The notes beneath the pieces are model-generated. The model saw nothing but the letters and a program-made list of their open reading frames with translations, was not told the origin of the DNA and searched no databases. Below are positions 29,498 through 39,141 of a DNA stretch of 64,000 nucleotides, in pieces (the first letter of the stretch is position 1; each line of letters starts with the position of its first letter). The stretch is from Gemmatimonadota bacterium. Its GTDB lineage: Bacteria; Gemmatimonadota; Gemmatimonadetes; Palauibacterales; Palauibacteraceae. The translations under genes were made by a program, and so were the position numbers. The stretch covers positions 3,168,001-3,232,000 of the forward strand of contig OZ220691.1 of assembly GCA_965116475.1 (NCBI GenBank). The letters run 5' to 3'.

Positions 29498-31260
29498 CGG
29501 ACCCAGCCGGGGCCGCGGACCACGCGGCCGGGCGAGGCGCCCGTCGGCTCCTCGCCCGACAGGACCTGCACGCCGTTCACGAACACGTCGCGCACGCCCG
29601 TCGCCAACCGGTGGGGGTCCTCGAAGGTCGCGTGATCCGCGATCGTGGCGGGGTCGAAGATCACGACGTCGGCGAAGTACCCGGGCGCGAGCCGGCCGCG
29701 ACCTTCGAGCCGGAGGTTGGCGGCCGGCAGCGATGTGAGCTTCCGGACCGCCTCCTCCAGCGGGATGATGCCTTCGTCGCGCACGTAGCGGCCGAGGAGC
29801 CGCGCGAAGTTGCCGTAGGCGCGCGGGTGCGTGCTCGAGCGCACGAAGGGTTCCTCGGGGGTGAGCGATCCCGCGTCGGATCCGAAGCTCAGCCACGGAA
29901 TCGCGATCTGACGCCGCACGTTGTCCTCCGACATCATGAAGTAGACCGTCCCCACGCGGCTGTCGTCCTGCACGACGAGATCCATCGCGGTCTCCTCGAT
30001 GCCCGTGCCCCGCGACGCCGCCACGTCAGCCAGCGTGCGGCCGGTCAGGTACTTGAGGGAATCCTGGCGGAAGCCGACGAGGAGGGCGCGGTCGGGGGAG
30101 CCGGCGGCGAGCAGCAGGTTCTCCCACTCATCCGTGGGCGTCCGCATCTCCGCCGCGATCCGCGCGCGCGTCTCGCGGTCGCGGAGCCGCTCGATCATCG
30201 CCGCGTGCCCGCCCTCGTGGATCCACGGGGGCATCGCCGCGTCGAGCCCGGTCGAGCCGGCCGTGTAGGTGTACATGTCGGCCGTGATCTCGAGTCCCTC
30301 CTCCCGGGCCCGCTCCACGCGCTCGATGACCTCGTCAAGCTTCGCCCAGTTGTCGCTGCCGGCGGCCTTCAGGTGGTAGATCTCCGCCCGCACGCCGGCT
30401 TCCCGGGCGATCGCGAGCAGTTCGTCCACGGACTCGACGAGCCGGTTCCCCTCGCTCCGCAGGTGGGAGATGTAGCCGCCGCCGAACTCTCCGGCCGCGC
30501 TCGCGAGCGCGATGAGTTCATCGGTGTCGGCGTAGAAGGCCGGCGCGTAGATGAGCGACGATCCGACGCCCATGGCGCCCTCGCGCATCGCCTCCCGCAC
30601 GAGGTCCTGCATGCGCCCGAGCTCGTCGGGCGTCGGGGGCCGGTCCTCGTGGCCGATCACGTGCACGCGCACGGTCGTGGCCCCGACGTAGGAGGCCACG
30701 TTGGTCGCGACGCCGCGTTCCACGAGGTGGTCCAGGTACTCGCCGAGCGATGTCCACGGAACCTCGAAGCGCACGTCGCCCTGGCGGGCGAGCATGTCCG
30801 CCTTCATCTCCGGATTCAGCGGTCCCATGGAGTTGCCCTCGCCGAACACCTCGAGCGTGACGCCCTGGCGGATGTCGCTCAGCGAACGGCCATCCACGAT
30901 GAGCGATTCGGTCGCCCACGAGAGCATGTTGATGAAGCCGGGAGCCACCGCGAGCCCCGCCGCGTCGATCGTCACGCCGGCGGAGGCCGAGGCGAAGTCG
31001 CCGATGCCCGCGATCGTGTCGCCGGCGATCGCCACATCCGCCGTGCGCGGCGGGTCTCCGGAGCCGTCGTAGACGGTCCCTCCGCGGATGACGACATCGT
31101 AGTGGACGGCAGGGGCCGAGCAGGCCCACGCCGCGACTGGAGCTACCAGGGCCAGCCGCAGGGCCCGGCGCGGGGCCAGCCGCAGGGCCCGGCGCGGGGC
31201 CAGGCGCAACATCTGTCGAATCACGAATGATCCTCCCGCCAGCGGTGTAGGTTCGGTCAT
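29494..31260 (-). CDS. N-acyl-D-amino-acid deacylase (D-aminoacylase) family lipoprotein
   Basis: APGFINM, YISHLRSEG, DMYTYTAGST, GSD, HPRAYGNFAR, LEEAVRKLTSLPA. Confidence 0.9.
   Translation of the reverse strand: MTEPTPLAGGSFVIRQMLRLAPRRALRLAPRRALRLALVAPVAAWACSAPAVHYDVVIRGGTVYDGSGDPPRTADVAIAGDTIAGIGDFASASAGVTIDAAGLAVAPGFINMLSWATESLIVDGRSLSDIRQGVTLEVFGEGNSMGPLNPEMKADMLARQGDVRFEVPWTSLGEYLDHLVERGVATNVASYVGATTVRVHVIGHEDRPPTPDELGRMQDLVREAMREGAMGVGSSLIYAPAFYADTDELIALASAAGEFGGGYISHLRSEGNRLVESVDELLAIAREAGVRAEIYHLKAAGSDNWAKLDEVIERVERAREEGLEITADMYTYTAGSTGLDAAMPPWIHEGGHAAMIERLRDRETRARIAAEMRTPTDEWENLLLAAGSPDRALLVGFRQDSLKYLTGRTLADVAASRGTGIEETAMDLVVQDDSRVGTVYFMMSEDNVRRQIAIPWLSFGSDAGSLTPEEPFVRSSTHPRAYGNFARLLGRYVRDEGIIPLEEAVRKLTSLPAANLRLEGRGRLAPGYFADVVIFDPATIADHATFEDPHRLATGVRDVFVNGVQVLSGEEPTGASPGRVVRGPGWVR
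31149..31203. repeat. 24-bp tandem repeat (about 2.3 copies) in the signal-peptide region
   Basis: gggccagccgcagggcccggcgcg x2; encodes LRLAPRRA repeats. Confidence 0.85.
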
Positions 31261-31396
31261 GTGGCGCCGCCCGCGAGGTGGGATGGGCGCGACCGCGCGC
31301 TTATCTTGCTAGTGTCGACTGGAAACCCACGTACGATACCGTCCGCGCGGCCTCGCCGCCCGCGGGCACAGTCCAGAGTTTTTGGGGAGGACGAGA

Positions 31397-32242
31397 ATGG
31401 CTCAATCAGTGAAATCGCTTCGCATCGGCACCGTGGCCGCCGTGGCCGGGGTTCTCTTCGTACTCATCCTGTTCGTGTTCGGCTTCAACCGCGTCGACGA
31501 GTACGAGGTGGCGGTCAAGCGGAATCCGGTGACCGGCGCCGTGGCGCCACGCCCCTACACGCAGGGGCTGTACCACAACGTCCTGCGCTCGTGGACGAAC
31601 TACCCGCTGCGCGAGGTCCAGTATCCCGCCGGCGGGCAGGCGGAGCGCCTGGACGCCCTCACCTCGGACCAGCTCCAGATCGCCGTCGACGCGGCCTATC
31701 GCTACCGCATCAACCCGGACAGCGCCGTCCACCTCTATCTCACGGTGGGGAACGAGAACGCCGTCGCCTCGTTCGTCTACAACACGTACCGCTCGGCCAT
31801 CCGGGACGCGATCGCGGAGATCGAGGCTTCGGACATCCTGTCCACGAACCGCACGGGCATTTCCGGCCGCATCGAGGCGCTGATGACGAACCGCCTCAAT
31901 CCACGCGGCCTTGAGATCACCGATTTCTTCGTGCGCGAGGTCGTGCCGCCGGAGACGATCAGGGAGGCGATCGAGGCCAAGCTGTCCCGCGAGCAGCAGG
32001 TGCAGTCCGAGGAGTACCAGACCCAGGTCGTGGTCGAGCAGGCGAACCAGCAGCGCGCGGAGGCCGAGGGGATCCGGGATGCGCAGGACATCATCGCGGA
32101 GAGCCTCGCCGGCATCTCGGGCCAGCGCTACCTGTACTGGCGCTACCTGGAGATGCTCGGCCGGATTGGCGAGGGGAGCAACAACATGGTCATCGCGCCG
32201 ACCGAGGGAGGCATCCCCCTCTTCTTCGCCCCGGACCGCTAG
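31397..32242 (+). CDS. SPFH/Band 7/prohibitin family membrane protein
   Basis: N-terminal TM; LTSDQLQIAVD..YRYRI, RSAIRDAIA, PETIREAIEAK, coiled coil. Confidence 0.88.
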   Translation: MAQSVKSLRIGTVAAVAGVLFVLILFVFGFNRVDEYEVAVKRNPVTGAVAPRPYTQGLYHNVLRSWTNYPLREVQYPAGGQAERLDALTSDQLQIAVDAAYRYRINPDSAVHLYLTVGNENAVASFVYNTYRSAIRDAIAEIEASDILSTNRTGISGRIEALMTNRLNPRGLEITDFFVREVVPPETIREAIEAKLSREQQVQSEEYQTQVVVEQANQQRAEAEGIRDAQDIIAESLAGISGQRYLYWRYLEMLGRIGEGSNNMVIAPTEGGIPLFFAPDR

Positions 32243-32386
32243 CCGCGCGCAGCCGGGTTCTCGCTGCGGGCTGCCGAAGTCGGGCAACCGACGGCGCTCC
32301 CCGGAGTGTCCGACCCTTCAGGAAACGAAGGCCGGAACGAAGGCCGTGGTTCACCACTTGGGGGGAACGGTCCCGAGGGAGGATAC

Positions 32387-33361
32387 ATGAAGAACTGGAA
32401 GAATTCGCTCGCCGTCGGGCTTGCGGTGGCGCTGGTTGCGGGGTTCTACGCGGGGCTGGCGCCGGCCGCGGCCCAGGAGGAGGGTGAGGACGAGCGCCGC
32501 GAACGGATTCGGGTCGCCTTTTCCGGGGGTGGCGGATACCTCGGCGTGCAGATCCTCGATGTCGACGGGGAGCGCGCCTCGGAGCTCGGGATGTCCCGCC
32601 CGTACGGCGTCTACATCGACGGCGTCGTCGATGGCGAACCGGCGGCGGAAGCGGGCATCGAGGAGGGGGACGTGGTCGTGGCCTGGAACGGCGCGCGCGT
32701 CGAGAGCGTCGCGCAGTTGCGGCGCCTGGCCCAGGAGACGCCCGCGGGCCGGGTCGTGGATCTGACCGTGTTCCGGGCCGGAGCGGAGCGCGAAGTCTCC
32801 GTGGAACTCGCGGCACGGGTGGAACTCCCTGACCGCATGGGCGTCTTCTCGGGCGCCCGCGGCTTGACGTTCGTCTCTCCGCAGATCGACCTGTCGCGCC
32901 GCGTGGCCGAAGCTTCGCGAGAAGGGGTGCGCGCCGCGCAACTCGCGGAGCGGGCCCGCGAACTGGAGGTCCGTGTCCGGGAGGCGGAGCAAGGCATGGC
33001 CGAGGGGCTGAGTCGCGTCTTCTACCTGTCGGGTGGGTTGCGGCTCGGCGCGAGCACGCAGAGCCTGGGCGACCAGCTTGCGGAGTACTTCGGCGTGGAA
33101 GGCGGCGTGCTCGTCACGTCCGTCCACGAGGACACGCCGGCGGCGGGGGGCGGCCTGCGGGCCGGCGACGTGATCGTCGGACTCGGCGACGAGGACATCG
33201 ACGACCCCGGCGACCTGCGCCGGGCGCTAGCGGATCTCGAGGCGGGGGAGGTGTCGCTCCGCATCTTCCGCGACGGCGTGGCGCGGACGCTCACCGTCGA
33301 GTTGGAGGACCCGGAGCGTCCATTCAGGTGGCGCCGGGGCGTGGACGGCCACCACCACTAG
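32387..33361 (+). CDS. Secreted two-PDZ-domain protein
   Basis: GYLGVQI...PAAEAGIEEGDVV and RLG...GVLVTSV..DTPA..GGLRAGDVI; no protease domain seen. Confidence 0.85.
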   Translation: MKNWKNSLAVGLAVALVAGFYAGLAPAAAQEEGEDERRERIRVAFSGGGGYLGVQILDVDGERASELGMSRPYGVYIDGVVDGEPAAEAGIEEGDVVVAWNGARVESVAQLRRLAQETPAGRVVDLTVFRAGAEREVSVELAARVELPDRMGVFSGARGLTFVSPQIDLSRRVAEASREGVRAAQLAERARELEVRVREAEQGMAEGLSRVFYLSGGLRLGASTQSLGDQLAEYFGVEGGVLVTSVHEDTPAAGGGLRAGDVIVGLGDEDIDDPGDLRRALADLEAGEVSLRIFRDGVARTLTVELEDPERPFRWRRGVDGHHH

Positions 33362-34448
33362 CGCCGTCACCGCCGGACTGGTCGAACAGGCCCAGTTGGG
33401 GGCCGGCCCGCGGCGGCCGGAAGTGGTCCGCCGAGAGGTCGTAGTCGCGCGGCTCGATTCCGTGCTTCGCACGCGCGAGTGAGAAGAGCCGCGCGACCTG
33501 TTCGGCGAACGGGCCGCGCCCGCGCATGCGCTCCCCGTAGTTCGACGCATAGAGGCTCCCGCCTCTCAACTCCCGCATGCGGTTCAGTACCTTCCGCGCC
33601 CGGTCCGGGCAGTGGCGCCGCAGCCAGTCCTCGAACAGGGCGGCGACGCCGTACGGAAGGCGCAGCATGATGTAGATCGCCCGCCCCGCCCCCGCCTTCG
33701 CCGCCGCTTCGAGGATGTCCGGGATCTCATGGTCCGTGAGGCCGGGAATCACCGGCGCGACGTTCACGCCCACCGGGATCCCCGCCTCCGCCAGCCGCGC
33801 GATCGCGTCGAGCCGCCGCTCCGGGGTCGAGGCCCGCGGCTCCAGCTTGCGCTGCAGCGAGCGGTCCAGCGTCGTGATGGAGAGTTGGACCTGCACCGCG
33901 TCGTAACGCGCGAGTTCGCGCAGGAGGTCGATGTCCCTCGTCACCCGGTGGTGCTTGGTCACGATCCCGACCGGGTTCCGGGCTTCGGCCAGCACCTCGA
34001 GGCAGCGGCGGGTGATCCCGAGGCGGCGCTCCACCGGCTGATAGGGGTCCGTGACGCCGCTGAGCACGAGCACCTGCGGCTTCCACCGGGGCGAGGCCAG
34101 TTCGCGGCGGAGCAGCGCCGGGGCCTCCGGTTTCGCCAGAATCCGGCTCTCGAAGTCGAGTCCTGCGGAGAGCCCGAAGTACTCGTGGGTGGGTCGCGCG
34201 TAGCAGTACGAACACCCGGTCTCGCAGCCGCGGTACGGGTTCAGGCTGGCGTCGAACCCGAGGTCCGGGCTGTTGTTGTAGGAGATGATCGAGCGGGAGC
34301 GGTCCTCCAGAATCTCCGTCTGCGGGTCCGGATCGGACGCGAGCGTCCAGGCCTCCCGCTCGACTGCGAGAGGGAGAAAGCGGTTCGCCGGGTTGTGCGC
34401 GCTTCCGCGTCCCCGGACCGACCGTCGTGGCGCCAAACCTCCGCGCAT
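33324..34448 (-). CDS. PA0069/Rv2578c-family radical SAM protein (SPL-like, DNA-repair associated)
   Basis: SLNPYRGCETGCSYCYARPTHEY, TDPYQPVER, LEPRASTP, QLGLF tail. Confidence 0.92.
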   Translation of the reverse strand: MRGGLAPRRSVRGRGSAHNPANRFLPLAVEREAWTLASDPDPQTEILEDRSRSIISYNNSPDLGFDASLNPYRGCETGCSYCYARPTHEYFGLSAGLDFESRILAKPEAPALLRRELASPRWKPQVLVLSGVTDPYQPVERRLGITRRCLEVLAEARNPVGIVTKHHRVTRDIDLLRELARYDAVQVQLSITTLDRSLQRKLEPRASTPERRLDAIARLAEAGIPVGVNVAPVIPGLTDHEIPDILEAAAKAGAGRAIYIMLRLPYGVAALFEDWLRRHCPDRARKVLNRMRELRGGSLYASNYGERMRGRGPFAEQVARLFSLARAKHGIEPRDYDLSADHFRPPRAGPQLGLFDQSGGDGASGGGRPRPGAT

Positions 34449-34467
34449 CGTCTCCCGTCTGCCGTAT

Positions 34468-34487
34468 TTCGGTATTTATTCGGTATT
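34468..34487. promoter_or_regulatory. Direct-repeat operator, possible LexA box
   Basis: TTCGGTATT x2 with 11-bp period in an AT-rich patch just upstream of the radical SAM gene. Confidence 0.45.
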
Positions 34488-34528
34488 CGATCGTAGAATA
34501 ATGGCCTGCGGACGGTCGAACGGTCAAG

Positions 34529-35149
34529 TCAGAAGCTGATGCCCAGCCGGAGGGTCAGGGCGTCGTGCCGCGGTTCTCCCTCGCCCCGCAGGATCTGCGA
34601 TCCGATGGCGACGTCGGACTCCATCAGCGACCCGACCCCGAACCCGTAGCGCACCTCGGGCCAGAGCCGGAAGCCGAGGTCGAGTTCGAGCCCAACCCCG
34701 AACTCCGCGCGAACCGGGCGTGCCGCGAGGAGGTCGTCCACGCCGGAAAACGTGCTGGACGGGAAGGTCAGGACGGGCCCGCCGAACACGTAGGGCTGAA
34801 CGGCCGGCAGGGGGAGCCGGATGCGGAAGTCGAGCGGGATTTCCACCATGTCGATGTCGAACCGGACCTGTTCATCACCGGCCATCGCGACGAGTTCCGG
34901 GATGCGGTGGTAGATGAGGGCCGGCCGGATGGAGAAGGTCGCGAGATTGACGTTCAGGAACACCCCGACGTGGTACCCGTCGGTGATATCGGTGAGATCG
35001 AACCCGTTCTCCGGCAGGAACTCCGCCAGCGTGTCGCGGTTGTAGCCCGCGAGGATGCCGATCTGGGCCTCGGCGTCAGCCGGAAGGGCGCAGGCGAGAC
35101 CCAGCGCGAGGCCGACGCCCCACCTTCCGACCTTGCGGGTTTTTCCCAT
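34529..35149 (-). CDS. Outer-membrane beta-barrel (porin-family) protein
   Basis: Signal peptide, alternating beta strands, EIPL motif, C-terminal LGISF. Confidence 0.8.
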   Translation of the reverse strand: MGKTRKVGRWGVGLALGLACALPADAEAQIGILAGYNRDTLAEFLPENGFDLTDITDGYHVGVFLNVNLATFSIRPALIYHRIPELVAMAGDEQVRFDIDMVEIPLDFRIRLPLPAVQPYVFGGPVLTFPSSTFSGVDDLLAARPVRAEFGVGLELDLGFRLWPEVRYGFGVGSLMESDVAIGSQILRGEGEPRHDALTLRLGISF

Positions 35150-35171
35150 CGCGTCGGTCCTCCCTCACCTC

Positions 35172-35205
35172 GTTTGCGGAAGATCCGGGTTTGCGGAAGA
35201 TCCGG
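35172..35205. repeat. Perfect 17-bp tandem duplication in a divergent intergenic region
   Basis: gtttgcggaagatccgg x2. Confidence 0.85.
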
Positions 35206-35382
35206 GGGCGCCCCGGAGCCCGGCGGACTCCCGGCAAACGTACCCGCGCGGGCTCGGGCCGGATAGCTGAGCGGACGGCTCCCGCGGGGTAGCCCGGCGG
35301 GCGGCTCCCGCGCGAGTTCTGTGCGCCATCCGTGGCGTCCGGCTATGATGGGCGGAACGCTCACATCGAGGTCAGGCACACC

Positions 35383-37158
35383 ATGATTCGACAGCGCGAA
35401 GTACCGTCCGTTCTTGTCCGACCGTTCCTTCTTCTGGCCCTGACGGCCTGCGCCACCGACGCCGGGGATTCGGCGGCAACGGGTGGGGCGACGGCCGCGG
35501 ATCCGCCGCCGGGAGTGGCCGAACTCGTCCTCACCAACGGAAAAATCGCGACCCTGGCGGGCGAGGGCGGGGAAGTGGTCAGCGCCCTCGCCTCGCGGGA
35601 CGGGCGGATCGTTGCGCTCGGGGCGGACGACGACATCGCCGGATGGATCGGGGAAGGCACCGAGGTGATCGATCTCGGGGGCCGGCTCGCGATCCCGGGC
35701 TTCATCGAGGGCCACGGTCATTTCATGGGTCTGGGGAACGCGCGCATGATCCTCGACCTGACGACCGCCGACACCTGGAGCGATATCGTCAGCCTGGTCG
35801 GAGAGGCGGCCTCGACCGCGGAACCGGGCGCCTGGATCAGCGGCCGGGGATGGCACCAGGAGAAGTGGAGCGAGCCGCCCGACCCGATGGTCGAAGGGCA
35901 GCCGGTCCACGATGGCCTCAGCACGGTGAGCCCCGCCAATCCGGTCATTCTGACGCATGCGAGCGGACACGCCTCTTTCGTGAACGAGCGGGCGCTCGAG
36001 TTGGCCGGGATCGACGCGGACACGCCCAATCCTCCGGGCGGCGAGATCGTGCATGACGCGGCCGGGCGGCCCACCGGCGTCCTGAGGGAGACCGCGCAGC
36101 GCCTGGCGCGGGCGGCGTTCGCCGAGGAAGAGGCGAACCGCTCCGAGGCCGAGCGCGATGCGCGGGCGCGCGAACAGGTACGGCTCGCGAACGAGGAGCT
36201 GCTGCGGAAGGGAGTCACGAGCTTCCAGGACGCCGGTTCCGGCTTCGGGACGGTGGACCTGCTCAGGACGCTGGCGGACGAGGGCGCGCTGTCCGTGCGG
36301 CTCTACGTGATGCTGCAGGGCGGGATGGAGACGCTCGAGGGGCGGCTCGACGAGTACTACATGGTCGGATATGGAGACGACCGGCTGACCGTGCGGTCGA
36401 TCAAGCAGGTCGCGGATGGGGCGCTCGGGTCGCACGGCGCCTGGCTGCTCGAGCCCTACGAGGACATGCCGTCGTCGATCGGACTGCCGACGACGCCGCC
36501 CGAGGAGATCGAGCGCATCGCGCGGCTGGCGATCGAGCGGGGCTACCAGGTGAATACGCACGCGATCGGCGACCGCGCGAACCGCGAGGTGCTCGACCTG
36601 TACGAGCGCACCTTCGCCGACCACGCGGAGATGGGCGACCTGCGCTGGAGGGTCGAGCACGCGCAGCACGTCAATCCGGCGGATATCCCGCGCTTCGCCG
36701 AACTCGGGGTCATCGCCTCGATGCAGGGCGTCCACGCCTGCTCCGACGGGCCCTGGGTCATCCTCAGGCTCGGGCCGGGCCGGGCGCGCTCCGGCGCCTA
36801 CGTGTGGCGGGACTTCATGCGGGCCGGTGTGGTCGTGACGAACGGGACGGACGTCCCGGTCGAGGACGCGGACCCCCTGGCGAGCTTCCACTGCACGGTC
36901 ACGCGCGTGATCGAGGGTGGAGACACCTTCTTCGAGGGGCAGGCGATGACGCGGGAGGAGGCGCTGCGTTCCTATACGTGGGCCAACGCATACGCCGCGT
37001 TCGAGGAAGACCTCAAGGGGACGCTTGAAGTCGGGAAGCTGGCCGACATCACGGTCCTGTCCCGGGACATCCTCACGATTCCCGCGGACGAGATCCTGGA
37101 AACCTCGGTGGATTACACGATCATCGGTGGCCGGGCGGAGTACCGCCGGGGGAACTGA
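35383..37158 (+). CDS. Amidohydrolase (YtcJ-like, Amidohydro_3) lipoprotein
   Basis: PGFIEGHGH, DGALGSHGA, THAIGDRAN, RVEHAQ, GTDVPVE; lipobox LTAC. Confidence 0.92.
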   Translation: MIRQREVPSVLVRPFLLLALTACATDAGDSAATGGATAADPPPGVAELVLTNGKIATLAGEGGEVVSALASRDGRIVALGADDDIAGWIGEGTEVIDLGGRLAIPGFIEGHGHFMGLGNARMILDLTTADTWSDIVSLVGEAASTAEPGAWISGRGWHQEKWSEPPDPMVEGQPVHDGLSTVSPANPVILTHASGHASFVNERALELAGIDADTPNPPGGEIVHDAAGRPTGVLRETAQRLARAAFAEEEANRSEAERDARAREQVRLANEELLRKGVTSFQDAGSGFGTVDLLRTLADEGALSVRLYVMLQGGMETLEGRLDEYYMVGYGDDRLTVRSIKQVADGALGSHGAWLLEPYEDMPSSIGLPTTPPEEIERIARLAIERGYQVNTHAIGDRANREVLDLYERTFADHAEMGDLRWRVEHAQHVNPADIPRFAELGVIASMQGVHACSDGPWVILRLGPGRARSGAYVWRDFMRAGVVVTNGTDVPVEDADPLASFHCTVTRVIEGGDTFFEGQAMTREEALRSYTWANAYAAFEEDLKGTLEVGKLADITVLSRDILTIPADEILETSVDYTIIGGRAEYRRGN

Positions 37159-38242
37159 CGGCCCCGTGTTCGACCTGACTGCGGAGCACCCAGTCGTAGT
37201 CGGCGGAGAATAACGCCTCCCGGGGATCGGCGGCGGGCCAATCCTCCAGCGGGATGAAGGCGCCCGCGATCGAACCCATGCCGCCGTCCTCGATCACCGC
37301 GTCGAAGGGATTCCGGTACTCGACGGTGATGCGGTAGCGGTGCTCCGGGACGACGAGCGCGCCCACGCCGCGCCCCCGGTACGTGAGCGACGGGATGTCC
37401 ACGACGTGCCCGTCCTCGTCGAGCTTCGGCCGGATGTCGTACAGCACGTCGCCCGTCGACAGGTTCTCGAAACGGAGCCGGGAGGCGTGCGCGTGGAGGT
37501 GGCCGCCGAGACCGATGATGAGCCCGCGGATCGCGGGACTCGCCTCCCACGTCTTGATCGAATGTCCGGGCGGAAGGTCCCAGGCTTTCGTCGCGGAGAC
37601 CTCGGGGTACATCGCGTCGAGATGAAACGGCGCCACCGGGTAGACGGGGAGGGGGGCGAGGAGGGAGGCGAGGCGCTCGTACTCCAGCGTCAGGTGGACG
37701 GTGACGTCCTCGTAGTCCGTGGCCGTCGGATTGTGCAGCATGGTGAGGGCGAGGAATCGCGAGCCGCCCCTCATCGGGATGCCGAACAGCCATCCGGGGA
37801 AGCTCACGGGCCGCGTCTCGTGGCTCGCGGCCAGGACCCGCAGCATGATCGGCAGGAACAGCTCCCGCCGCCCCGGATCGAGCAGGTTCATGTGGTGCAG
37901 CACGACGCGCGGAACCGGCTCGCCGTCGCCGTCGATGATGTGCGTGCGATAGCCGCGGATCGTCAGGTCGAAGGGGATGACGCCTTCCTGCACGGGCAGC
38001 TGGGCCATGTGATGGGAGGAGCGGGCGGGGAGGTCGATCGGCCCCAAAATGACCGCGAGTTCCTTGCGTTCGGGGTCATCGACGATCCGGATGCTCGCCG
38101 TCGACGTGGTCGGCCGGCCGTCTCCGGGCGATGCGGCGTGGCCCGTGTGCATCGCCTGCGCGTACACGGCGGGGACGAGGCCCGCGAGCGAGGCTGCCGC
38201 CAGCATCCCGGCCGCCCCGGCCCGCCTGCCGCGGCGCGCCAT
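37121..38242 (-). CDS. Secreted hypothetical protein with copper type II monooxygenase (PHM-like) ligand pattern
   Basis: Signal peptide; VLHHM, MLHN, GGHLHAH, GGMG appear in the order of PHM CuH/CuM ligands. Confidence 0.55.
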   Translation of the reverse strand: MARRGRRAGAAGMLAAASLAGLVPAVYAQAMHTGHAASPGDGRPTTSTASIRIVDDPERKELAVILGPIDLPARSSHHMAQLPVQEGVIPFDLTIRGYRTHIIDGDGEPVPRVVLHHMNLLDPGRRELFLPIMLRVLAASHETRPVSFPGWLFGIPMRGGSRFLALTMLHNPTATDYEDVTVHLTLEYERLASLLAPLPVYPVAPFHLDAMYPEVSATKAWDLPPGHSIKTWEASPAIRGLIIGLGGHLHAHASRLRFENLSTGDVLYDIRPKLDEDGHVVDIPSLTYRGRGVGALVVPEHRYRITVEYRNPFDAVIEDGGMGSIAGAFIPLEDWPAADPREALFSADYDWVLRSQVEHGAVSSPGGTPPGHR

Positions 38243-38284
38243 GGGGTTCCGCGTCGTGTCCGCGTCGTGTCCGGGGTCCGCGCG

Positions 38285-39010
38285 CTACCGCCCGCCCTCG
38301 AACTTCTGCAGATCCTCCAGCAGATCGAGGAGCTTCTCGAGCCGCTCCTTGATCTTCTCGCGGTCGAGGCTGGCATCGACTTCCAACTGGACCTCCGCCT
38401 CGTTCAGCGCGGATCCCGCCTCCGCGGCCTTGAGAGAGAACGTCTCCCCGTGTCTCGCGGCGCGCAGCCTGACGTCCCCCGCGGAAGACCCGGCCGGAGC
38501 CTCCACGGTTCCGTCGATCCAGAGTCCTCCGTGTCGTGCCGGCGACGGACCTCGCGCGTCCATCCGCAGGGCGCCGAGTCGCTCGATCCGCACGATCCGC
38601 GCGTCGGCCACATCGGAGGTCGCGTCCAACCGAATCGTGATGTGGCCATTGTCGCTGACGGCCACCCGCGGACTCGGTTCGGCGACCCGCACGGCGGAGG
38701 CGACGCGGCGGTTCCGACCGTGGGCGGCGTCGTGCCCGAGGCGGTCCAGCCACGCCCCGACGGCGCGCTCGATGCCTCCGTTGACGCGCCCGGCCGTGTG
38801 CGCCGTGCGGCGCAACTGTTCCGCGGCGAACCGCGGCGTGCGAAGCGAGCCCGGCGGATCGGCCCGCTCGACAAGGCTCGCGATTCCCTCCAGGGTCGCC
38901 GTGCTCGCCTTCGCCGGCCCGGGCAGACTCGTGAGGTGGGAAAGGGCGGCCCAGACACAGATCGCGAGGGCCCAGAGGGTGAAGGCAGCGGCGACTCTTC
39001 GAATGAACAT
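38285..39010 (-). CDS. Hypothetical protein with N-terminal TM/signal and helical C-terminus
   Basis: Fills the gap between co-oriented genes; GGAG RBS before GTG/ATG; hydrophobic N-terminus. No family recognised. Confidence 0.45.
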   Translation of the reverse strand: MFIRRVAAAFTLWALAICVWAALSHLTSLPGPAKASTATLEGIASLVERADPPGSLRTPRFAAEQLRRTAHTAGRVNGGIERAVGAWLDRLGHDAAHGRNRRVASAVRVAEPSPRVAVSDNGHITIRLDATSDVADARIVRIERLGALRMDARGPSPARHGGLWIDGTVEAPAGSSAGDVRLRAARHGETFSLKAAEAGSALNEAEVQLEVDASLDREKIKERLEKLLDLLEDLQKFEGGR

Positions 39011-39141
39011 CACGTCGGCTCCAGGAGGGAAGATCGAGTGTCCGCGATCTTCTAACGTACGCTCAGGCGCGCGGTCAGGTTCCATCCCGTACGACCGCGC
39101 CCCCATCCGAAAGGTTGTCCGCCGCCGTCGACGGCGGATGG

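Noticed and set aside
33324..33361. 38-nt convergent 3' overlaps (also 37121-37158)
   Set aside because: Common in compact high-GC genomes; no evidence of function.
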